Shown here: one piece after another, positions 1 to 8,488 of the stretch
Position numbering within the stretch: the stretch's first letter is position 1
Layout: each line of letters starts with the position of its first letter
NCBI GenBank assembly: GCA_002382665.1
Contig: DFZA01000010.1
Location: forward strand, 17,589-81,588
Length of the DNA: 64,000 nucleotides
Origin: Peptococcaceae bacterium UBA4068
Lineage (GTDB): Bacteria; Bacillota; Dehalobacteriia; UBA4068
Reading direction: 5' to 3'
Notes under the pieces: model-generated
Database searches by the model: none
What the model was told of the DNA's origin: nothing
The model's input: the letters and a program-made list of their open reading frames with translations, nothing else
Program-made: the position numbers and the translations under genes

Positions 1-1233
1 TTTACCACTTTTAATAAAGGAAATACCCGGCAATGTATTCCAGACGCCATCCGCTGCAACATTTGCTTTGTCGATAAATACCGAAATACGCTGCGGGGTC
101 ACTTTAGTATCTTCTAAATAACTGATAGCCTTTGCTAATTGGGCGTCACTATCAGTCAGGTAAATATCAGGCATCACGCCGCCCGATTCATCAATATCCT
201 GATAACCGCGTGAGATATATTTGGCAATTGTAAATTTTATACCCGCGCCGCTGGGTAATTCCACCATAGTCTGGATAAAGCCCTTACCATATGTTTGCTC
301 GCCAATCAGCACTCCTGCACCCTCATCCTGGATATCAGCCGATAAAAATTCCGCAGCACTGGCTGTCGAACCGTTAATCAGTACCGCCAAGGGAATATTA
401 ATTGATTTTACATCTTTATCTGACACATAAAAACTTCGATATCCGTTTTTTGTAACCACAAAAGCTTCCGGACCGGTTTTAGCCAAAAGGCCGCAGATGT
501 CAACAGCGGTATCAACAACTCCCCCCGGACAATCACGCAGATCCAGAACAAGCTTTTTCATGCCTTTTTTTTGCATGGCTGTTATTTCATTGTAAACCTG
601 ATTATATGTATGATCGGTAAATTGATAAATACGTAAATAGCCAATATCATCTTCGAGCATCCAGCAGGCAACACTTTGTGTTTCAACCAGCACCCTCGAT
701 AATGTCTTGGTGACTTGGTATCCGTTCCTTTCGATAGTCACATCAACCAGTGACCAAAGCTCCCCTGTTAATAGTTGCTTAACCTCCGCTGCCGTCATAC
801 CCTCCGTGGAAGTGCCGTCAACCTTAACAATAACATCTCCTTTTTGGAAACCGGCTTTTGCTGCCGAGGTACCGGCAATTGTATTTAGAATTACTACCTT
901 GCCGGATTGCACTTCCATCTGGACGCCAATACCAATAATATCACCGGAAACAATAAGATTGACTTGGTCAAATTGTTCCGGGGTCATATAGCTGGCCCAA
1001 ATATCTTGCTTTTGCAGTGCTGCAATCATATCCGGCACTGTTTTCGCCGCTGTTACTTCGTCGGACAAATCATAGTATGAATTATATTGCAGGTAAAGCA
1101 GCGCTGCTGTTTCATCACTAACACTAGATGTGGTACTATCGATCTCTGCTGCAACCGCTATGGAAGAAAAAGTCAACACCAATATAACTATTATTAAAAA
1201 ACAACTAAATAATTTCTTGTTATTAATATTCAT
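1..1233 (-). CDS. S41 family C-terminal processing peptidase with PDZ domain (runs off the left edge)
   Basis: Not in the ORF track. Manual translation from ATG at 1233 (RBS AGGAG upstream) gives a signal peptide MNINNKKLFSCFLIIVILVL, then LDLRDCPGG, INGSTASAAE (catalytic Ser) and LIGEQTYGKG. Confidence 0.9.
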   Translation of the reverse strand, partial: MNINNKKLFSCFLIIVILVLTFSSIAVAAEIDSTTSSVSDETAALLYLQYNSYYDLSDEVTAAKTVPDMIAALQKQDIWASYMTPEQFDQVNLIVSGDIIGIGVQMEVQSGKVVILNTIAGTSAAKAGFQKGDVIVKVDGTSTEGMTAAEVKQLLTGELWSLVDVTIERNGYQVTKTLSRVLVETQSVACWMLEDDIGYLRIYQFTDHTYNQVYNEITAMQKKGMKKLVLDLRDCPGGVVDTAVDICGLLAKTGPEAFVVTKNGYRSFYVSDKDVKSINIPLAVLINGSTASAAEFLSADIQDEGAGVLIGEQTYGKGFIQTMVELPSGAGIKFTIAKYISRGYQDIDESGGVMPDIYLTDSDAQLAKAISYLEDTKVTPQRISVFIDKANVAADGVWNTLPGISFIKSGK

Positions 1234-1243
1234 TTATTATCTC

Positions 1244-1879
1244 CTAATTGCTCTGTCCTTGGTTTGAAGGACACAAATTTTCTAACGGGCATTGATTGCA
1301 TTGAGGATGTTGCGCTTTGCAGACCTTGCGGCCATGCCAGATCAACCAATGATGAGCATCTCCCCACTGTTGCTTGGGTATCAATGCGCACAATTGAGTC
1401 TCGGTTTGCTCCGGGGTTTTGGCTGCGGCTAAACCCAAGCGGTTGGCAACACGAAAAACATGGGTATCGACAGCCAGCGCCGGTATGCCGAAACCGACAC
1501 TTAATATGACATTGGCTGTTTTGCCACCAACGCCAGGTAATTTGACCAGAGCTTCTTTATCAGCCGGCACCTCTCCGCCATATTTTTCGCAGATCATCCG
1601 CGCTGCCGCGATAATATTTTTGGCTTTATTTTTGTATAGTCCGCATGAACTGATCAACGGCTCAAGCTCTGCCGGTGTCAAAGAGGCAAAATCAGCTGCC
1701 GTTGCATACCGCGCAAATAGCTGTCCGGTAATAGCGTTGACCTGATTATCGTTGGTCTGCGCCGAAAGCATTACCGCAACCAAAAGCTGAAACAGCGAAC
1801 CGAATTTGAGTGCCGTTTCGCTTCCCCGGTAGGTTTCTTCTAATATTTTTAATATTTGTTGCTGTTCTTGCTTACCCAT
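1244..1879 (-). CDS. nth: Endonuclease III
   Basis: LLVAVMLSAQT, HhH motif LPGVGGKTA, VDTHVFRV, and the C-terminal CxxxxxxCxxCxxxxxC 4Fe-4S motif. Confidence 0.95.
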   Translation of the reverse strand: MGKQEQQQILKILEETYRGSETALKFGSLFQLLVAVMLSAQTNDNQVNAITGQLFARYATAADFASLTPAELEPLISSCGLYKNKAKNIIAAARMICEKYGGEVPADKEALVKLPGVGGKTANVILSVGFGIPALAVDTHVFRVANRLGLAAAKTPEQTETQLCALIPKQQWGDAHHWLIWHGRKVCKAQHPQCNQCPLENLCPSNQGQSN

Positions 1880-1978
1880 ATTTCACATAATAGCGTAAAA
1901 CCATCAATAAGGCAATATAATTCACAACAGCAAACCTCACACCATATAATATGAAAAAGACTTAGGAGAATGAGCGGT

Positions 1979-2149
1979 ATGTATTATAAATTTCGCAAAT
2001 ACTGTGAACGGCTCTTTGGCGGCCATTGTGCAAGCGATATCTTATTGATTATAGCTATTGCTACTCTGCTGATATCAATGTTAGCTTGCCCAGGTTTTTT
2101 AACCGGATTTGCTTTATTCCTGCTCTTCATCTGGGCGCTGCTTTGCTAA
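1979..2149 (+). CDS. Small hydrophobic membrane protein, 56 aa
   Basis: Manual translation MYYKFRKYCERLFGGHCASDILLIIAIATLLISMLACPGFLTGFALFLLFIWALLC*. AGGAG at 1964-1968; two hydrophobic segments; fills the gap between nth and the DUF362 gene. Confidence 0.55.
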   Translation: MYYKFRKYCERLFGGHCASDILLIIAIATLLISMLACPGFLTGFALFLLFIWALLC

Positions 2150-2235
2150 TATTTTTTATTTGCCAAGGCTTTTGTCTTATACCTCTGTTGTGGTATAATT
2201 AAATAAACTAACCACACATATACGGAGGTACGTAG

Positions 2236-3066
2236 ATGTCTATTATTGCATCGTGGGCATTCCGGCAACAGCCTTCAGCCAGTGAGATTGAGGATACCAT
2301 AACTAAAATGTTGACGGCTTTCGAAGGAATCGAGCTTTTTGTCAGCAGTGGTGATAATATAGTAATTTTGCCTGATTGGGGGTTGCCGGTTGCGCCTGAG
2401 ACAGGTATTAACACTATGCCCGCTGTAATTGCTGCGGTTGTTAACCTGGCACGGGAAGCTGGCTGCGGCATGGTCTCAATGGCCGGACAAGCCGCCGACG
2501 GGTTTGATTTTGACCAGGCACTGCAAATCAGCGGCTATGCCCAACTCTGCGAGGATCTGGAGATCGATTTTATTGATCTTTCAATGATGCCAACAGCAAC
2601 AAGACCAACAACCAATAACTTGGCACAAGACAACATGCAGATATATCAATGTTTACTGCAAGCTGATACTATAATTAATATTCCCAAACTTAAGTCGGAA
2701 AATGGTAATTTATTTGGCGGCGGTTTTATTAATATCGCCAAAGGTTCCCCCGATTTGGCACTGATGCCGCTGCCGCAATATCAGCGGGCATTGGTTGATC
2801 TATATGACCTGCGTGAACCGGATTTGACAATAGTTGATTGTTTAAAAGGCGATAAAGGTTATCAGCAATTACCGCAAAGCGCGCTGCTGATCGGACGCGA
2901 TTTGCTGGCGATTGATATCGTATTGGCAACACTTGCCGACGCTGATCCCAATAATATTGAATATTTGCGGTTGGCAGCAGCCTATGCCATGGGAGATAGC
3001 CAGCCCGGAGATATCATCATTTTGGGGGAGGCTTTGCGCAAAATGTTTACGGACAAGCAAAACTAA
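2236..3066 (+). CDS. DUF362-like domain protein (divergent)
   Basis: RBS GGAGG. GDNIVILPD, TMPAVIAAVVNLAREAG, ADTIINIPKLK, PDLTIVD and DLLAID match the DUF362 pattern. Confidence 0.7.
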   Translation: MSIIASWAFRQQPSASEIEDTITKMLTAFEGIELFVSSGDNIVILPDWGLPVAPETGINTMPAVIAAVVNLAREAGCGMVSMAGQAADGFDFDQALQISGYAQLCEDLEIDFIDLSMMPTATRPTTNNLAQDNMQIYQCLLQADTIINIPKLKSENGNLFGGGFINIAKGSPDLALMPLPQYQRALVDLYDLREPDLTIVDCLKGDKGYQQLPQSALLIGRDLLAIDIVLATLADADPNNIEYLRLAAAYAMGDSQPGDIIILGEALRKMFTDKQN

Positions 3067-3084
3067 ATTCTACTTTTGTATCAT

Positions 3085-3124
3085 AAAAGCGCCACACGCT
3101 TTATCTAAAGCGTGTGGCGCTTTT
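3085..3124. terminator. Bidirectional intrinsic terminator
   Basis: AAAAGCGCCACACGCTTT-ATCT-AAAGCGTGTGGCGCTTTT, a perfect stem between convergent genes. Confidence 0.9.
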
Positions 3125-3155
3125 AAATATCGAGTAATTTTCACTCATCTAATTG

Positions 3156-3992
3156 CTAACTAATCTTCATTTGATATTGTTTGGGAGTAATACCGTAGGT
3201 TTTCCTAAACGCATTGATAAAATTAGAAATATTTTCATATCCCAAGTCAAAGGCCACATCCGTTACACTTTGATGTTCAATGATTTCTTTAGCTTTTTCC
3301 ATTTTTAAATGAGTTAAATATGCCTTGGGACTAATACCGATAATTTTCTTAAAATATTGGGAAAAATTCGCCTCCGACATTCCCAATTCATTGGCTACTT
3401 TTTTGATACTTATTGGTGACATATATTCTTCTTTCATTAATTTAATCGCCTGATTAATCGGATTGGCTATTTCATAACTCAGAACTTGGTTTGTACCTTT
3501 AATTTTAATAAGATAATATACAAGCTCCTGTGCTAATATATCCAATATATATTTAGTATCACGTTCGTTAGATGACATCATTTTACTTATTTTTGCAACA
3601 GTATTTTTTAGCTGCGGGCTAAGTTTTGAAAACAAGAATTTGTCTCCAATTAAGACATCATAATCAATTTTAAAATCCATGCTGACATTTTCGCTGACCT
3701 TTTTAATTAGCGTGTCGTTCAGCTCAAATACCAGCGCCTTTGTTGGCGTATTAATCAACATGTTTACGTACGATTCCTGAGGCATCAGTAAAAATTCTCC
3801 ACTGTTGTAATTTAAACTATCACCATTATTTATGAAGACTGTTTTTTCCCCTTCTAAAATCGTACATAATCTGGTATATTCATATGATTTATATACCCCC
3901 ACAAATTTTTCCGGAAATTCATAATAGAGTATTCTTAAATAATCGGTTTCCAACCTCCCCAGCATTTCATGTTCTCGGTTAAAATCTTTCAT
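3156..3992 (-). CDS. AraC family transcriptional regulator
   Basis: C-terminal double HTH (SIKKVANELGMSEANFSQYFKK ... VTDVAFDLGYENISNFINAFRKTYGITPKQY) and a cupin-like N-terminus. Start placed at ATG 3992 after GAGGTG. Confidence 0.9.
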   Translation of the reverse strand: MKDFNREHEMLGRLETDYLRILYYEFPEKFVGVYKSYEYTRLCTILEGEKTVFINNGDSLNYNSGEFLLMPQESYVNMLINTPTKALVFELNDTLIKKVSENVSMDFKIDYDVLIGDKFLFSKLSPQLKNTVAKISKMMSSNERDTKYILDILAQELVYYLIKIKGTNQVLSYEIANPINQAIKLMKEEYMSPISIKKVANELGMSEANFSQYFKKIIGISPKAYLTHLKMEKAKEIIEHQSVTDVAFDLGYENISNFINAFRKTYGITPKQYQMKIS

Positions 3993-4240
3993 TATTAAGG
4001 CACCTCTTTCCATCTAATATTTCATAATTAGGCACCCCTACTGACAATATACCACTTTTATTTAATGATTACAATTATTAATATTTGACTATTTTTTTAT
4101 AAAAAACGGTTAGATTTAAATTTATCAAATGATATTATTAAGGTGTACTAACAGCATTTTAATAATATTTTTTACTTTTGGCAAAACTTCAAAGTATCTG
4201 AAAATTATAAGCTTTAAATTAAACAAAGGAGGATGATAAC

Positions 4241-5716
4241 ATGACAAAGTATGTTGATAAGAGCTACCAACTATTCATTGATGGCAAATGGGTCAATGGC
4301 AGCGAGGGGAAAACCTTTAATGCCTATAATCCCTCAAACGGTGAATCGCTTGCAACCTGTATCAATGCAACAAAAGAAGATGTAGACCTGGCTGTAAAAG
4401 CCGCATGGAAGGCTTATGACAGTTGGAAAAATGTTAGCCCCCAGGAACGTTCGCGTATGCTTTTGAAAATTGCCGACCTGATTGATGAAAACGCAGAAAA
4501 AATTGCCATGGTTGAAACTCTTGATAACGGTAAGCCGATCAGAGAAACATTAAGTATCGATGTCCCGCTCAGTTCGGATCATTTTCGTTATTTTGCCGGA
4601 GCAATCAGAACAGCGGAAGGCGAAGCTGTTATGATTGATAAAGACACCATGAGTATTATATTAAGAGAGCCGCTTGGTGTCGTCGGTCAAATTGTTCCCT
4701 GGAATTTTCCGTTGCTAATGGCTGCCTGGAAACTGGCACCGGCGCTGGCAGCAGGCAACTGCATCGTTTTTAAACCGTCATCAACCACTTCGTTAAGTGT
4801 TCTTGAGCTTATGAAATTGATGAGTGAAGTTTTGCCTGCAGGTGTTGTCAATATTATTACCGGCAAAGGTTCAGAATCAGGCAACTATATGCTCGAGCAT
4901 GAAGGGTTCAGAAAACTCGCTTTTACAGGCTCAACCGATATTGGTTATACTGTTGCCGCTGCCGCGGCGAAAAAGATTATACCGGCCACACTGGAATTGG
5001 GTGGGAAATCCGCCAATATCTACTTCCCGGACGCCCCTTGGGAGAAAGTAATTGAAGGACTGCAAATAGGTATTTTATTTAATCAGGGTCAGGTATGCTG
5101 TGCAGGCTCGAGAGCATTTGTTCACGAAGATATCTACGATAAATTTATGGACGCCGCGGTTGCGGCCTTCGAAAAAGTCAAAGTCGGTCTACCCTGGGAG
5201 AAAGATACGCAAATGGGATCACAGGTCAACGAACACCAGATAAAGCAGATCTTAGATTATGTGGAAATTGGCAAACAGGAGGGCGCTAAAGTTGCCACAG
5301 GCGGCTACAGAATCACTGAAAAAGGTCTTGACAAAGGTTGCTTCATGAAGCCGACGATTCTTTCGAACGTTAACAATAAGATGCGCGTAGCACAGGAGGA
5401 AATATTTGGCCCTGTTGTTTGTATCATTAAATTTAAAGATGAAGAAGAAGCTATCAAAATGGCAAATGACAGCGAATACGGACTAGGCGGCGCCGTATGG
5501 ACTAAGGATATTAACCGGGCATTCCGTGTAGCCAGAGAAGTGGAAACAGGCAGGATGTGGATTAACAATTACAACAATTTGCCGGCTCATGCTCCGTTTG
5601 GCGGATATAAAAAATCCGGCATTGGCCGTGAAACGCATAAAGTAATACTTGATCACTATACCCAAATGAAAAATATTTTTATCAGTATGAGCGAAAACAA
5701 AGTCGGTTTATATTGA
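4241..5716 (+). CDS. NAD-dependent aldehyde dehydrogenase
   Basis: PWNFP, KPS, FTGST, LELGGKS (catalytic Glu), NQGQVCCAGS (catalytic Cys), EEIFGP, PFGGYKKSGIGRE. RBS AAGGAGG. Confidence 0.95.
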   Translation: MTKYVDKSYQLFIDGKWVNGSEGKTFNAYNPSNGESLATCINATKEDVDLAVKAAWKAYDSWKNVSPQERSRMLLKIADLIDENAEKIAMVETLDNGKPIRETLSIDVPLSSDHFRYFAGAIRTAEGEAVMIDKDTMSIILREPLGVVGQIVPWNFPLLMAAWKLAPALAAGNCIVFKPSSTTSLSVLELMKLMSEVLPAGVVNIITGKGSESGNYMLEHEGFRKLAFTGSTDIGYTVAAAAAKKIIPATLELGGKSANIYFPDAPWEKVIEGLQIGILFNQGQVCCAGSRAFVHEDIYDKFMDAAVAAFEKVKVGLPWEKDTQMGSQVNEHQIKQILDYVEIGKQEGAKVATGGYRITEKGLDKGCFMKPTILSNVNNKMRVAQEEIFGPVVCIIKFKDEEEAIKMANDSEYGLGGAVWTKDINRAFRVAREVETGRMWINNYNNLPAHAPFGGYKKSGIGRETHKVILDHYTQMKNIFISMSENKVGLY

Positions 5717-5749
5717 TTACTATTCACAATAATACAACTGAAATATGAA

Positions 5750-5779
5750 AAGAAGCTGTTACAAACAGCTTCTTTTCTT
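5750..5779 (+). terminator. Intrinsic terminator after the aldehyde dehydrogenase gene
   Basis: AAGAAGCTGT-TACAA-ACAGCTTCTT followed by a T-run. Confidence 0.8.
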
Positions 5780-5907
5780 TATATTATAAATCAGATCAAA
5801 TATTTATTTTCAAATTGATAGCTTCGGATCAATAAATCATTTATAATATGATTAAAATAATATTACTTTGGTATGTATTATATAAAATATTTAAAATTAG
5901 GAGTTTT

Positions 5908-7686
5908 ATGAAAATATCCGGAAATACTGATGGAATCGGCAAAGTTGTTCTGCAACAGATGGAAAATTGGCCTCTGCTGGAAATTACTTCGGATAATCTG
6001 ATCAGTCAACAGTTGGCTGAGGAAATGGCATCAATCAGCCGTCGGATTAACAGAGAAGTAGCTGTATACTTGGATCGTCGCGGTCAGATTGCAGCAATTG
6101 CCATAGGTAACAGCGGCGACATAACTTTACCTGAGTTACAGCAATCACGGCGGGCATCATCGCCATTGGCCGGGCTTCGTTGCGTGCATACCCACCCTTT
6201 GGGCAGCGGCGTATTAAGCAACGCCGATTTATCGGCGCTCAAGGCATCCGGGTTAGATTGCATCGTGGCGCTGGGGATTGACGATGATGCAGCAATTACT
6301 ACAGTAGGTATCGCTTTTGATCCGCAACAGCCAATGATTATGGATTGGTCTAAAGTAGTCGATCTTGATTGGCGCAGCCATCTGCCTTTGCGTAAACAAG
6401 TTGCTGAAGACGAACAAACAGCATCTATAGAAAAGGCGATATTAGTTGCGCTTGATTGCGGCGCGGGAAGCGAGAAAACGCAACGCTCCCTGGACGAGCT
6501 TGCTCAATTAGCCAAAACAGCGGGAATAGAAGTTGTCGGCTCGCTCTGGCAAAAAAGAAACCGACCGGAGACGGCGACTTATATCGGTATTGGCAAAGCT
6601 AAAGAAATTGCCATGTTAGCCCAGATCAAGCAAGCTGATCTGATTATTTTCGATGATGAACTGTCGCCGTCGGCAATAGCTACCTTGGCGCAAATAATTG
6701 ACCGTAAAATCATCGACCGCACCATGTTGATATTAGACATATTTGCTTCAAGAGCTATTAGTTACGAAGGTAAATTACAGGTAGAACTGGCGCAACTTCA
6801 TTATTTACTGCCGCGCTTAAACGGACAGGGTACTCAGCTTTCCCGACTCGGCGGCGGTATCGGTACCCGCGGCCCCGGCGAAACGATGTTGGAAATGGAC
6901 CGGCGCAAGATCCACGGACGTATAGATGACCTGCAAAAAGCTTTGGACAATATTTGCCGCGGGCGCAGCATTCAACGTCAGCGGCGGACAAAAGAACAGC
7001 TTTTCAAGGTAGCTTTAGTCGGTTATACCAATGCCGGTAAAAGCTCATTGCTCAACGCTTTGTCTGCTGCCGATACCGTCGCAGAGGACAAATTATTTGC
7101 TACGCTTGATCCGCTGACCAGACGCGTAGAATTAGCACAAGGTCAAGAAATACTTTTAAGCGATACTGTCGGTTTTATCCGCCGCCTGCCCCACCATTTA
7201 ATAGCGGCTTTTTCCGCTACTTTAGAGGAAGTTGCTGAAGCTGATCTGCTGCTGCATGTCATGGACGGATCGGCTAATGATATTGAGGAACAAGCCAGCG
7301 CTGTTATGAATGTAATAGTAAAATTAGGCGCAGCCGACAAACTGCAGATCAATGTCATCAATAAAGTTGATCTGCTGGAAAGCTCCGAGGCTCTGCAACG
7401 GCTGTTGAACATCTTTGAACCGGCTGTGGCGATTTCCGCCACCAGCGGGGATGGATTACAAAGTTTAAAAACAATCATTGCCGCACAAATGGCGGAACGG
7501 TTGGTTGCCATAGAGTATTTGTTGCCGCTTGACGGCAACGCAGTGGTGGCCGCCTGCTATGCGGAGGGCAAAGTTAAGCAAGTTGAATATACAGAACAGG
7601 GAATAAAAATCAGCGCGGAGATACCGCGCCGGCTTTTGGGTCAATTAACGAGGCAAGGAATAAGGTCACAATTAACAGGAGAATAG
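5908..7686 (+). CDS. hflX: GTPase HflX, long form with an N-terminal JAB/MPN-like extension
   Basis: GGGIGTRGPGET, G1 GYTNAGKSS, FATLD, G3 DTVGF, G4 NKVD. Start placed at ATG 5908 after AGGAG. Confidence 0.95.
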   Translation: MKISGNTDGIGKVVLQQMENWPLLEITSDNLISQQLAEEMASISRRINREVAVYLDRRGQIAAIAIGNSGDITLPELQQSRRASSPLAGLRCVHTHPLGSGVLSNADLSALKASGLDCIVALGIDDDAAITTVGIAFDPQQPMIMDWSKVVDLDWRSHLPLRKQVAEDEQTASIEKAILVALDCGAGSEKTQRSLDELAQLAKTAGIEVVGSLWQKRNRPETATYIGIGKAKEIAMLAQIKQADLIIFDDELSPSAIATLAQIIDRKIIDRTMLILDIFASRAISYEGKLQVELAQLHYLLPRLNGQGTQLSRLGGGIGTRGPGETMLEMDRRKIHGRIDDLQKALDNICRGRSIQRQRRTKEQLFKVALVGYTNAGKSSLLNALSAADTVAEDKLFATLDPLTRRVELAQGQEILLSDTVGFIRRLPHHLIAAFSATLEEVAEADLLLHVMDGSANDIEEQASAVMNVIVKLGAADKLQINVINKVDLLESSEALQRLLNIFEPAVAISATSGDGLQSLKTIIAAQMAERLVAIEYLLPLDGNAVVAACYAEGKVKQVEYTEQGIKISAEIPRRLLGQLTRQGIRSQLTGE

Positions 7687-7687
7687 C

Positions 7688-8488
7688 ATGAAATATTATG
7701 ATTATCATTGTCACAGCAATATTTCATTCGACGGACGCACACCGATTGCCGAAATTTGCGCTTCTGTAATTAAAGCCGGGGGCAGCGGAGTCACTTTTAC
7801 CGAACATATTGAGTGCGCTCAGGATTTTCCGCACGGAGGGCTGCTAGACTGGCAGCAATATCACAGTGAAATTGAACAAGCGCGCAAAATGTTTCCCGAC
7901 TTTTCAGTCGGCATGGGGGTTGAGGCTGGTTGGCAGCCGTTGATGCAGCCGCAAACGGAAGCCGCCGTCAAAGCCGGAAATTATGATTTTGTATTGGGGT
8001 CATTGCATTATATAGACGATCTGCCGATTTACAACGGCGCTTTTTCAGAGGGTAAAACTTTAAAGCAAGCTTACAGTGAATACTTCGCAGTTCTGCTGGC
8101 GGCGGTATCGGAAATGGTGGACTTCGATGTACTGGCACACATTGACTTAATCCGCCGTGACGAACAACTACCTAAAGTAGACTTCATTTACAACGATTAT
8201 GCCGATTATCTTGATCCCCTGCTTAAACAGTTGATTGAGCGCGGCAAAGGACTGGAGGTCAATACCGGCGGCTGGCGCTGCGGCTGCTACGAGCCCCATC
8301 CGGCGCCGGAAATACTACGCCGTTACAGGAAATTAGGCGGAGAGATCATCACCTGCGGCTCCGATTCGCATGTACCGCGCAGTCTGTTTTACCGAATCAA
8401 AGACGCTTACGGTCTGATCGAAGAAGCGGGGTTCAAATATATAAGTCTATTTGAGCACCGTCAACTTAAGCAAGTACCGTTTAAATAA
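7688..8488 (+). CDS. PHP-family histidinol-phosphatase (HisJ/HisK-like)
   Basis: DYHCHS, FTEH, DFVLGSLH, AHID, EVNT, GSDSH. Starts immediately after the hflX stop. Confidence 0.8.
   Translation: MKYYDYHCHSNISFDGRTPIAEICASVIKAGGSGVTFTEHIECAQDFPHGGLLDWQQYHSEIEQARKMFPDFSVGMGVEAGWQPLMQPQTEAAVKAGNYDFVLGSLHYIDDLPIYNGAFSEGKTLKQAYSEYFAVLLAAVSEMVDFDVLAHIDLIRRDEQLPKVDFIYNDYADYLDPLLKQLIERGKGLEVNTGGWRCGCYEPHPAPEILRRYRKLGGEIITCGSDSHVPRSLFYRIKDAYGLIEEAGFKYISLFEHRQLKQVPFK

Noticed and set aside
5848-5907. N-terminal extension of hflX in the track
   Set aside because: This is AT-rich promoter DNA; the AGGAG RBS points to ATG 5908. Similar over-extensions were trimmed for hrcA, mtaB, rpsU, recO, yqfD and the M24 peptidase.
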